This document shows positions 25,237 through 34,333 of a stretch of DNA of 35,752 nt, in pieces. The first letter of the stretch is position 1, and every line of letters begins with the position of its first letter. This stretch comes from a virus. Both the position numbers and the translations under genes were made by a program. Location of the stretch: UHGV virus genome UHGV-0215880; one strand, given 5' to 3'. The notes beneath the pieces were generated by a model. That model worked only from the letters and a program-made list of their open reading frames with translations. It made no database searches and was not told where the DNA came from.

Positions 25237-25427
25237 GAACGCCATGGGCGTTTTATCTGTATGTAGCCCTTACTCTTTTAGGATGGAGTGAGGGTTTCTT
25301 TTTGAAATCAACACCGAACTTGTGGCTTAAGTCATACATACAGTGGTTAACGAGTAATACGGAGTTTGAACCACCTGCAAGTGTGACTATGGATAAAAGT
25401 CCTTGGTGGTAGGAAAGGAGCGCTAAC

Positions 25428-27725
25428 GTGTCAAAGAAAGAATCTGATGTTGTCTTAAATTTTAAGACAAACGGAGAAGTCAATTATTCTCGAACAATTA
25501 AAGATATCAACAAAGAAATGAACTTAGCGGCTACCGAGTACAAAAACCAGGTATCCGCTATGGATAAAGATGCAACACAAACAGAAAAATTAACGGCAAC
25601 TAAGAAAAAGCTTGAAAAGCAATTATCTTTAGCTGAACAAAGAACCAAATTATTACGTGAGGAATACGAAAAATCAGTTAAAGAAACTGGGGAGTATTCA
25701 GAGCAATCACAAAAGCTTTACAAACGCTTGTTGGAATCAGAAACAGGTGAAAATAAATTACGATCTGCATTAGAAAGTACCAACGAAGCCTTGAAAGAAC
25801 AAGGTGACTTGTCTGTTAAGACTGCCGAGAAGTTAGCTAAAATTGAAAAAGCTGGGGACAAAATGAAATCTGTCGGTAAGAAGATGACTGTTGGTTTAAC
25901 AGCACCGATCATGGGAATTGGCGCCGCTTCTATTGCTGCGTTTAAAGAATTAGATGAAAATTTAGACAGTATTGCTACAGCAACAGGAGCAACTGGTGAT
26001 CAATTGGAATCATTGCAAGGTAGTTTTAAAACAGTTACTGGTCAGATACCAGCAGATATGCAAGACATATCAACAGGTATTGGAGAGGTAAACACTCAAT
26101 TTGGATTTATGGATAAGCAATTAGAAGATACTACTGAACGAATGCTTAAATTTGCTGAAATTAATGGTGCAGATGTATCTCAATCAACAATAAATGCCAA
26201 AAAGTCAATAGACTTGTTTAGATTATCTGCAGAGGATATACCTATGGTTCTTGATAGCATTACAAAAACTAGTCAAGATACTGGGGTTGGCGTTGATCAA
26301 TTATTTGATGCAGTAAATAGAGGAGCGCCCCAACTAAAAGCGATGGGCTTTGAGTTCTCGGAAGCAACGACATTAATTGGCCAAATGGAAAAATCTGGTA
26401 TAGATTCAGCAAGCACACTTAGCTATCTAGGGAAAGCTAGTGTAGCTTATGCAAAAGACAATAAAACTATGCAAGATGGCTTGAGCGGAACAATAGCAGC
26501 CATTCAAAGTGCCACAACGGAACAAGAAAAAATAAACATTGCTAGCGAAGTTTTTGGTACTAAAGCCGCGCCTAAAATGGTTGAAGCTATTGACAGTGGT
26601 GCGTTGTCAATGGACGGTTTTGCCGATTCAGCTAAAAATGCTAAAGGAGCAGTAGATGAGACATTCAATACTATACAAGACCCAATAAACCAAGCGAAAA
26701 TTGCACAAAATCAATTTAAGGTTGCAATGGGAGAACTCGGAGAACAAGTACAAATTGCACTTCTTCCTGCTTTTGAAGCGGCAACGAATGCCATTAAGAA
26801 AGTTTCTGAATGGTTTAACGGACTGACCGACAATCAAAAGCAAACAATCATTACCATTGCAGGTGTAGTCGCGGCTATTGGACCAGTCTTGGTGGTTTTA
26901 GGAACACTTGCTAGTTCCATTAGTAGTCTGATTCCAGTAATTGCCTTTATTGCTTCACCTATTGGAATTGTAATTGCTGCACTAGCAGCTTTTGTTGCTG
27001 GAATTGTGATTGCTTACAACAAAGTAGGCTGGTTTAGAGATTTTATCAATACATCCTTTAATGTGATCAAAGATATAGTGGTTGGTGTATTCAAAGTTTT
27101 AGCAGATACGACAAAATCTACTTTTGATTTCATCACAGGCTTTATTGGCGGCGCTATGGATGGTGCTGTAAAAATCATTAGTGATTACGTCAACGCGATT
27201 ACAAGAATTTTTGGCGGCATCATAGATTTCGTTACAGGAGTGTTTACAGGTGATTGGTCAAGAGCGTGGCAAGGTATTGTTGATATTTTCGGCGGTATTT
27301 TTGAAGGAATTACTGCAGTAGCCAAAGCACCAATTAACGCTATGATTACTCTAATTAATGGTTTTTTAGGTGGTTTAAACAATATCAAAATACCAAAATG
27401 GGTACCTGGCGTTGGTGGCAAAGGATTTAGCATTGCGAAAATTCCATATCTTGCTGAAGGCGGTCATATGATCAATGGACAAGCAATCGTTGGTGAAGCT
27501 GGTCCTGAATTATTAACCGCCAAAAATGGCAAGACTACAGTCACACCACTTTCACAAGACGAAAAAGCGCGTGGAATTGGTGGTGCGTTAAAAGGCAATT
27601 CTACTGTTAATAACTATGTGACAATCGGTCAAGTAGATGCAAATAATCCGAGCGAAATCAACCGTTTGAACAGAAAAATGTTTCAAGCGAATGTCTGGAA
27701 TAATTTAGCGACAGGAGATGTGTAA
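25428..27725 (+). CDS. Tape measure protein
   Basis: 765 aa. GTG start after AAAGGAG. Coiled-coil N-terminus, hydrophobic central segments, Gly-rich C-terminal region. Confidence 0.9.
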   Translation: MSKKESDVVLNFKTNGEVNYSRTIKDINKEMNLAATEYKNQVSAMDKDATQTEKLTATKKKLEKQLSLAEQRTKLLREEYEKSVKETGEYSEQSQKLYKRLLESETGENKLRSALESTNEALKEQGDLSVKTAEKLAKIEKAGDKMKSVGKKMTVGLTAPIMGIGAASIAAFKELDENLDSIATATGATGDQLESLQGSFKTVTGQIPADMQDISTGIGEVNTQFGFMDKQLEDTTERMLKFAEINGADVSQSTINAKKSIDLFRLSAEDIPMVLDSITKTSQDTGVGVDQLFDAVNRGAPQLKAMGFEFSEATTLIGQMEKSGIDSASTLSYLGKASVAYAKDNKTMQDGLSGTIAAIQSATTEQEKINIASEVFGTKAAPKMVEAIDSGALSMDGFADSAKNAKGAVDETFNTIQDPINQAKIAQNQFKVAMGELGEQVQIALLPAFEAATNAIKKVSEWFNGLTDNQKQTIITIAGVVAAIGPVLVVLGTLASSISSLIPVIAFIASPIGIVIAALAAFVAGIVIAYNKVGWFRDFINTSFNVIKDIVVGVFKVLADTTKSTFDFITGFIGGAMDGAVKIISDYVNAITRIFGGIIDFVTGVFTGDWSRAWQGIVDIFGGIFEGITAVAKAPINAMITLINGFLGGLNNIKIPKWVPGVGGKGFSIAKIPYLAEGGHMINGQAIVGEAGPELLTAKNGKTTVTPLSQDEKARGIGGALKGNSTVNNYVTIGQVDANNPSEINRLNRKMFQANVWNNLATGDV

Positions 27726-27727
27726 AA

Positions 27728-28432
27728 ATGGATAGATATACGCCTAATTTTGTATGGAAAGGAGCAAATGCTCTTTTAGATTACGGCTTAACTATTGAGT
27801 CTGAATTACCTGAAATTGTCGCTAAACCAAGATATAACGAAATCACTGTTATTGGCAGTAACAGAGTGCTGAACGAATGGTTTGGTGATTATGAACCATT
27901 TGATTTAAAAATTAAAGATGTCAGCGTTAGTTATGAACGTTTGCCAGAAGTGAAACGATGGCTTAGTGGACAATCTGAATTAATCACTCATAACAATGTG
28001 AATGTGTATGTTAATGCAGTATGTAATATTAACAATGAAGTTGAATATGTCAACGAATGGGGAACTTTTTATTCATTTGAAATAACTTTTCGTTGCGAAC
28101 CTCTAAAAAGAAAAGTAAACGAACCTTTCATAAATCTAAATAAGGGTGAAAATACTGTAATAAACCATGGCGATGAGGTTTCTCAACCGTTAATTGAAAT
28201 CCATTCCAATGGTGGCGATATTGAAATTAATTGTGGTAAGAACACGTTAACCATATTAGATACAAATGCTGGTTTGCTGTCATTAGACAACGAAATGGCT
28301 GTTTGTACGCAAGATGGACGTATTCAGCGAACGAAAGGCAGTTGGATAAAAATGCTACCAGGTAAAAATAAAATAATGGTAACAGGAAATATCGCTAGTA
28401 TAAGAATGAAGATAAGGAGTGTATTTTTTTGA
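27728..28432 (+). CDS. Distal tail protein (Dit)
   Basis: 234 aa directly after the TMP, the conserved siphovirus gene order. Confidence 0.7.
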   Translation: MDRYTPNFVWKGANALLDYGLTIESELPEIVAKPRYNEITVIGSNRVLNEWFGDYEPFDLKIKDVSVSYERLPEVKRWLSGQSELITHNNVNVYVNAVCNINNEVEYVNEWGTFYSFEITFRCEPLKRKVNEPFINLNKGENTVINHGDEVSQPLIEIHSNGGDIEINCGKNTLTILDTNAGLLSLDNEMAVCTQDGRIQRTKGSWIKMLPGKNKIMVTGNIASIRMKIRSVFF

Positions 28433-31266
28433 TCAATCCAATTTATATTTATGAAAAAGTGCCAATTGACTTATCCGAAAATGGGGTTTCTCTTTTAGAT
28501 TGGGCAGATGCTCCAGAAATTACTCGTTCATTAAATAGCGAATATTCGTTTTACGGAAATTATTCGTTAGTAGGGAAAAATAATAACCAAATAAAAAAAG
28601 GATATTATTTGAAAGCGATGGTATCGGACGGATCATGGCAATATTTTAGAATCAAATCAGTTGATAAGAATCTACATTCTATTTCTATTAAGGCTCTACA
28701 CATTGGTTATGAAGCCAACCGAAATTTTATCCAAATGGCATATACGGCAAACGGCACTGGTAAGCAGATTATGGAAAATCTAAAATCCAATTTAGCGTTT
28801 AAACAACCATTTATCTATGAAAGTAATATCAATACGCGGCATCAGTTTACTGCAAAAGAAGTAAATCCAATATCTGCAATTATTGGGCAAAATAACGGCA
28901 ATGAGAATCTAACAGGAGTTACTTCTGGCGAGTTAGATATGGATAATTACAGACTAATGTTAAAAGATAGAATTGGTGAGGATAACGGTTTTAGGATAGA
29001 CTTAGGTGTTAATTTAGAATCAATAAAAGAGACTGTTGATGACTTAAATGTTTTCAACAGTCTCTATTTAATTGGCGGGACACCTGATGATGTTAACTAT
29101 AACGAAGATCAAGAGCCAGTAACATTTGCCTTTTTGGAAACAAAGGGAGTAAACGATGAAAATAGACGTATTACCAGTAGAACAAATAGTGAATGTAAAA
29201 CTATAGAGGAATTGAAGAAGTGGGGTCAATCACTCTTTGATAAAGAGCGAATACATGAACCAAAAGTCACTCATGAAATTAATATGGTTACTTTGGAAAA
29301 TACGATTGAGTACCAAAAACTTTACGGCAAGATGATGAAGTTGAATTTCGGAGATACTGTTTATTGTGATATTGAATATAACGGTATAACTGGGGTTAAA
29401 GAACGAGTAACAGAATGTACGTGGCTTCCTACTTTAGGTAAGTATAAAAATATCGTGTTAGGAAACGAAATAAAATCTTACACAGATTCAGTAAATACCG
29501 CAGTTAATCAAATAACTAAAAAACTGGAAGTTAAAAGCGAAGATTTGCAAAATGCAATAGTGAATGCTACCCAATGGATAACAGGAACAAAAGGTGGCTA
29601 TGTTCGTTTTCGCCCTAAAGATGCTCCAGAAGAAATTTTAATTATGGATAGACCAAATGCAAATGATGCAAAAAAAGTATGGCGTTGGAATCTAGGAGGT
29701 CTCGGCTATTCGAACAATGGAGTAAATGGCCCGTTTGAAACAGCTATTACTCAAGATGGCTCAATTGTTGCGAATTTTATTACTGCAGGTATTCTAACAG
29801 GGATTTTAGTGCAGGGTGTGGCTTTAAAAACATTAGATGATAAAGATTTCCAAGTTGTTATGGAAGGTGGCAAGGTTTCTTTCGAGAGAAAGAGAGTAAG
29901 TACTGGACTAAATGATGTTCATGGCGAATTGTTTGGTGACATTAAGGCCACTTATGATGGAAGCGGAAAAAATGCAAATGGATTCGCTGTTAGACAAAAA
30001 CCTGGTTACATTTTTTCAATCAATACGATTAGCAAAAATAATGATGTACAATCAGTTCCAATTATTCAAATACCGGCAGATGCTCATCCAGATAATAGGA
30101 AAGTAAACAGTTACGCATCCTGGACGCATGATGGTAAGTTCAGTGTTTCTGGAAAAACTACACTCAAAAGTGAAATGGATATTAGCGGTATTTTAACAGG
30201 AACTATCGCTAAATTTGATAAGGTCTACATCGGCGGTAAGGAAGTCATCCCTGGCCAAAATGGCGGTGGCGGTTCTGGAGCTGGTACAGGCGGTTATCCA
30301 TCCGAAGTTACAAGTGATGCAGATAAATTTGCTTGGGACTTATGGAGTTACCTTTTAGCTAACGGATACAGCAAAGCAGCTGCTGCAGGTATTCTCGGAA
30401 ATGTTCAAGGTGAAGTTGGCTCAAGTATGAACCCAGATACCGAGCAAATAGGCGGTCCAGCTTACGGATGGGTTCAATGGGATGGTTCAGCGTATCCATT
30501 GGTAGGCGCCCCAACTTGGAATGGTCGAGAATATGTACAACGCTTAATCGCAGCTGCAGGTATCAAACAAGACTATAGGACGTCATTAGCTCAAGCTCAA
30601 TTAATTAATTGGTGTATGTTCAATGGGCAATGGTTAGGACAAGTAAGTCCATTAACAGTTGATGAATTTAAAGTTGTCAGCTCGCCTAAAACAGCTGCTT
30701 ATGCGTTTGAATTAAACTTTGAACGTCCAGCTGCAGCACATCCAGAAAGACAAACCTATGCACAAGTATGGTATGACAAATTCAAAGATTTGAAAGCTTC
30801 TACTGCAACAGGAAAAGCTGGCATAGAACATTTGGAGACCTTAATGGGCAAATGGCTTGGTAATGGGCAATGTTATGCCGTTCCAGCCGAATATTCTGGT
30901 TTTATGGGCGGCTGTGGTTTAGGTGCAGGAACAATTTATGGCTTTTCACATGTAATTGGTGATACATCATCTGCTGCAGATATTGGTGAAGCATATGATT
31001 GGAATGCGGTAGGTTGGCGAGTAATCCAAAATCCAACGTATCAAGATTTAGTGGTAGGAGCAATCGTCAATATTAGACGAGGTGGCCAATGGGGAACAGG
31101 TTGGACAGTAGACCCAACATATGGTCACACGGGCGTGATTTACGGCTTAAATAACGGACGTATCCAAACCATAGAACAGAACGCCGAGCAAGGGCAAATT
31201 GTCGCAAAATATGACCGATTATATTTTGCTAATTCTATTCAATCGATTGTTATTCCACCAAAATAA
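28429..31266 (+). CDS. Tail-associated lysin (Tal) with N-terminal tail endopeptidase region, a lysozyme-like GILGN domain and a C-terminal CHAP peptidoglycan hydrolase
   Basis: 945 aa. Gly linker GGGGSGAGTGG. AAAGILGNVQGEVGSSMNP matches the phage tail lysozyme pattern. NGQCYAVP...YGHTGVIY is a CHAP Cys/His pair. Confidence 0.8.
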   Translation: MINPIYIYEKVPIDLSENGVSLLDWADAPEITRSLNSEYSFYGNYSLVGKNNNQIKKGYYLKAMVSDGSWQYFRIKSVDKNLHSISIKALHIGYEANRNFIQMAYTANGTGKQIMENLKSNLAFKQPFIYESNINTRHQFTAKEVNPISAIIGQNNGNENLTGVTSGELDMDNYRLMLKDRIGEDNGFRIDLGVNLESIKETVDDLNVFNSLYLIGGTPDDVNYNEDQEPVTFAFLETKGVNDENRRITSRTNSECKTIEELKKWGQSLFDKERIHEPKVTHEINMVTLENTIEYQKLYGKMMKLNFGDTVYCDIEYNGITGVKERVTECTWLPTLGKYKNIVLGNEIKSYTDSVNTAVNQITKKLEVKSEDLQNAIVNATQWITGTKGGYVRFRPKDAPEEILIMDRPNANDAKKVWRWNLGGLGYSNNGVNGPFETAITQDGSIVANFITAGILTGILVQGVALKTLDDKDFQVVMEGGKVSFERKRVSTGLNDVHGELFGDIKATYDGSGKNANGFAVRQKPGYIFSINTISKNNDVQSVPIIQIPADAHPDNRKVNSYASWTHDGKFSVSGKTTLKSEMDISGILTGTIAKFDKVYIGGKEVIPGQNGGGGSGAGTGGYPSEVTSDADKFAWDLWSYLLANGYSKAAAAGILGNVQGEVGSSMNPDTEQIGGPAYGWVQWDGSAYPLVGAPTWNGREYVQRLIAAAGIKQDYRTSLAQAQLINWCMFNGQWLGQVSPLTVDEFKVVSSPKTAAYAFELNFERPAAAHPERQTYAQVWYDKFKDLKASTATGKAGIEHLETLMGKWLGNGQCYAVPAEYSGFMGGCGLGAGTIYGFSHVIGDTSSAADIGEAYDWNAVGWRVIQNPTYQDLVVGAIVNIRRGGQWGTGWTVDPTYGHTGVIYGLNNGRIQTIEQNAEQGQIVAKYDRLYFANSIQSIVIPPK

Positions 31267-31284
31267 CGAAAGGAGGATTTTTCA

Positions 31285-32193
31285 ATGGTTAAATGGCAAG
31301 CAACGCTAAGTACAACTGAACCTTACAATTACATTGGGATTCAGAATGTACGACAAGGAAATCGAAACACAGAAGTCTTAGAAGCCATACTAGTTGAAAA
31401 TGCTTTGCCACTTGATTTAACAGGTTGCGAAGTATTTTTTGAATCAGTTATTGATAAAAAGTATCCGATTCAACGAGCAGCAAAAATTGTGAATGCCAAA
31501 AAAGGGGTTATCCAGTATACCTTTGATGAATATTCTATGCAGTCATTGCACAGACAGGAAGCATATTTCAGTATTCATAAAGGCGACAATCTAATTGGAT
31601 CAACGCAGAACTTTTCTTACTTTGTTGTCAATGCCGCTTCTAAAACAGAAGGTGAAATGGGTTCTTATTGGCAATCAATAGAAGATTTAATTGCAGACAT
31701 GACCGCTTTTATCAATGAAAATAAAGGCGATTTTACAGCTTGGATGAATGCTAGAAAAGAAGAGTTTGAAAAGTGGCGCAAAAATCAACAAGATACATTT
31801 GAAGCTTGGCGGAACAGCCAAGAAACAGATTATCTAAAATGGTTCGAATCAATCAAAGATATTTTAAAAACTGTTGATCCAGGCGGAACAATGCTAGCCG
31901 AATTAATGGATGCACGTGTAGACATTCAAGGAGTGCGCCATAATTCAATTTCTGAACGTTTATTGGCAGATATGGAATATTTATATCATCGGCTAGAGGA
32001 ACGGCTATACACCATTAAATACGGCAATGTAAACACGTTAGAAATTTTAGAGGATGATTCATTTTCTAATAATCATGAAGTTGAACTGGTGGGTACAGTC
32101 AATTTCCCAATTGAGGAAGGGGCATTAATCATAGCGACAGTTGATGATCCAAAACAAAATGTTTTTACGATTGAAGGTGTAAACAATGGTTGA
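31285..32193 (+). CDS. BppU-like baseplate upper protein
   Basis: N-terminus TLSTTEPYNYIGIQNVRQGNRNTEVLEAILVENALPLDLTG matches the BppU_N pattern of lactococcal-type phages. Confidence 0.65.
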   Translation: MVKWQATLSTTEPYNYIGIQNVRQGNRNTEVLEAILVENALPLDLTGCEVFFESVIDKKYPIQRAAKIVNAKKGVIQYTFDEYSMQSLHRQEAYFSIHKGDNLIGSTQNFSYFVVNAASKTEGEMGSYWQSIEDLIADMTAFINENKGDFTAWMNARKEEFEKWRKNQQDTFEAWRNSQETDYLKWFESIKDILKTVDPGGTMLAELMDARVDIQGVRHNSISERLLADMEYLYHRLEERLYTIKYGNVNTLEILEDDSFSNNHEVELVGTVNFPIEEGALIIATVDDPKQNVFTIEGVNNG

Positions 32194-32503
32194 TGCTAAG
32201 AGAATGATGGAAACTGATGAAAATGGTATTAAACGTCAGTTTTTTCCTATTACACATTTTTCAGCTATCCTTGGTTTATCAGAGATAATGAACGGACAGG
32301 CAAAAGTTTTATCTGTAAACGGAAAAACTGGAGCAGTGATTATTACACGTGCAGACTTAGATCTGCCAAGCGATGGCATTATGATATCACAACAAGAGTA
32401 TGACAAAATGTTAAAAATTATAGCCGATTATGAAGCTGGAAAACTAGGTGGTTCTGGTGTTGAGTTTGAAAAAGTAAAAGGAGATGAAGAAATAAATGCC
32501 TGA
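32186..32503 (+). CDS. Small tail fibre / receptor-binding module protein
   Basis: Carries the SVNGKTGAVIITRADL motif shared with the next ORF. Confidence 0.55.
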   Translation: MVDAKRMMETDENGIKRQFFPITHFSAILGLSEIMNGQAKVLSVNGKTGAVIITRADLDLPSDGIMISQQEYDKMLKIIADYEAGKLGGSGVEFEKVKGDEEINA

Positions 32504-32813
32504 TTTATATGTAGTGAAAAAAGACGGCGTAGCTATTGATGTACAAACTAGTACAGCTGGTGTTGTTGGATTAAATGAATTTGTTGATGGAAAAATTAGT
32601 GGTGCTGAAGCAGGCACTGTCTCGTCTGTAAATGGTCATACAGGTGAAGTTGTTTTAACTGCTTCTGATGTAAAAGCACTGCCAGACACAACTATTATTC
32701 CAACACTTCCTGGCAATGCCACTTCTGAAAAAGACGGTTTAATGTCTAAATCGGATAAAGAAAAATTGGATGCATTACCAGTTTTTACATTTGAAAAGGT
32801 AGGTGAAGCGTAA
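32496..32813 (+). CDS. Small tail fibre / receptor-binding module protein (paralogue)
   Basis: SVNGHTGEVVLTASDV motif. N-terminus MPDLYVVKKDGV is paralogous to the next gene. Confidence 0.55.
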   Translation: MPDLYVVKKDGVAIDVQTSTAGVVGLNEFVDGKISGAEAGTVSSVNGHTGEVVLTASDVKALPDTTIIPTLPGNATSEKDGLMSKSDKEKLDALPVFTFEKVGEA

Positions 32814-33325
32814 TGCCTGATATTGTTCAGCTAAAAGAAAATGGTGTCAATAAGTACATGAAAACACACGCAGATGCTATTGATGGTATTGAGGGAAAAT
32901 TAGTAAAGGCTGTTGGAAATGAAACTATTCTAGGTACTAAAAATTTTCAAGATGGAATTCAAGTAAAAGGAAAAGAGCCAGTCCTTACAAATGCTAAAGC
33001 AGATTATGCAATGGTAGATAAAGATAACAACGCTTCTGTGATGTCAGGTGGTTCTCTAAAATTATACCGACGGGGAGATCTGGTATATCTCACAGGATCA
33101 TTCCAATTATCTGCTTTAAAAGATAACCAGGCGGTGTGGTTCAACATTCCAACATGGGCATATCCGATTGAAGCGGTTCGAATGTATGGCAAAACCAGCG
33201 ATGACAAAATGTGCTTGTTATACATGAACACAGCAGATAACTCAAATATTGTATGTAAAGATAGTGTCGCAAAAGGAGCATGGATTACTATTTCAAGTTG
33301 TTGGATGGCTAAAAATCCATATTAA
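32813..33325 (+). CDS. Putative receptor-binding head-domain protein
   Basis: N-terminus MPDIVQLKENGV is paralogous to the 32496 N-terminus. Last tail gene before the lysis module. Confidence 0.5.
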   Translation: MPDIVQLKENGVNKYMKTHADAIDGIEGKLVKAVGNETILGTKNFQDGIQVKGKEPVLTNAKADYAMVDKDNNASVMSGGSLKLYRRGDLVYLTGSFQLSALKDNQAVWFNIPTWAYPIEAVRMYGKTSDDKMCLLYMNTADNSNIVCKDSVAKGAWITISSCWMAKNPY

Positions 33326-33339
33326 AGGAGGAAAATAAA

Positions 33340-33714
33340 ATGAAAGTAGTATACAAAGTATTGTACCCAATGGGTTTTGAAAAAAACGAAGTAGAGGATA
33401 ATTTTCCAACATCTTTACCTTTTGTTGAGATTAAACCGCTTGAAGCTTTGGACAATGAACAATCACAATTCTTTAATTTTTCAGAACAAAAATGGGAAGA
33501 AGCAGTCACACAAGATTATTCGAAGAAATTAAATCTGTTAGAAAACCTTTCAGCAGTATTAGAAGCGGATAACGCTGTTTTAAAACAAGCAAATGAAAAA
33601 CTAGCTGCTAAAGCAGAATCGTTAGCTCAAATCAATTCAAAGACCATGCTTACTTCGCTTCAAAATACTAAAGAAATTGATGCGATTAAAGAACAAATCG
33701 GAGGTGCAAAATAA
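33340..33714 (+). CDS. Hypothetical coiled-coil protein
   Basis: RBS AAGGAGG. Confidence 0.6.
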   Translation: MKVVYKVLYPMGFEKNEVEDNFPTSLPFVEIKPLEALDNEQSQFFNFSEQKWEEAVTQDYSKKLNLLENLSAVLEADNAVLKQANEKLAAKAESLAQINSKTMLTSLQNTKEIDAIKEQIGGAK

Positions 33715-33851
33715 TGTATTCATACGATGACATTAAGTTAATGTTTGACTGGGGGCTGTTTACTCCTGAACAGGTCGCAGAATTTGTACCTAGTTGTATT
33801 ACAGAAGAGGAATTTACTAAAATGATAGGAAAACCGTTTAGCGAAAGCTAG
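33714..33851 (+). CDS. XkdX-family small protein (45 aa)
   Basis: MYSYDDIKLMFDWGLFTPEQVAEFVPSCITEEEFTKMIG matches the XkdX pattern. TAATG overlap with the previous stop. Below the track threshold. Confidence 0.55.
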   Translation: MYSYDDIKLMFDWGLFTPEQVAEFVPSCITEEEFTKMIGKPFSES

Positions 33852-33885
33852 GCGGTTTTATTTGTAAGTAGAAAGTAGGTGCAGG

Positions 33886-34107
33886 ATGAACTTAACACTA
33901 GAACAATGGTTAGCGCTGATTACATTTTTAGGCGGAATTATCTTCGCATTAATGAAATTCTATCATGTCTTCTCTCAATTAGAGGATAGCATGAAAGAAC
34001 TAAAACAAGCTGTTGACCGATTAAATAACCATGAGGTGCGCATTAGTCGATTGGAAGAACAAAATAAAACCCTCTTTCGAGGAATTGGAGGAAATAAAAA
34101 TGATTGA
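33886..34107 (+). CDS. Small membrane protein (N-terminal TM + coiled coil), holin-associated
   Basis: WLALITFLGGIIFALMKFY is a TM helix. RBS AGGTG. Adjacent to the holin. Confidence 0.55.
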   Translation: MNLTLEQWLALITFLGGIIFALMKFYHVFSQLEDSMKELKQAVDRLNNHEVRISRLEEQNKTLFRGIGGNKND

Positions 34108-34333
34108 TTGGAAGTCAAGAATAAAAAATAAACAATTCTGGTTGTCTCTTATTCCTGCAGTTTTGTTACTTATTCAAGTAGTTGCAGTTCCTTTTGGGTA
34201 TAAATTTCAAATTGATGTGATTAATCAGCAATTGCTAGATGTTATCAATGCAGTGTTTGTTGTATTAACTATTTTAGGAATTGTGACAGACCATACAACA
34301 CCTGGATTATCAGATAGAAAAGGAGACAAATAG
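34100..34333 (+). CDS. Holin (phiLC3-type, two TM)
   Basis: MIDWKSRIKNKQFWLSLIPAVLLLIQ...LLDVINAVFVVLTILGIVTDHTTPGLSD matches the phi-LC3 holin family. RBS GGAGG. The track ORF is extended upstream. Confidence 0.75.
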   Translation: MIDWKSRIKNKQFWLSLIPAVLLLIQVVAVPFGYKFQIDVINQQLLDVINAVFVVLTILGIVTDHTTPGLSDRKGDK

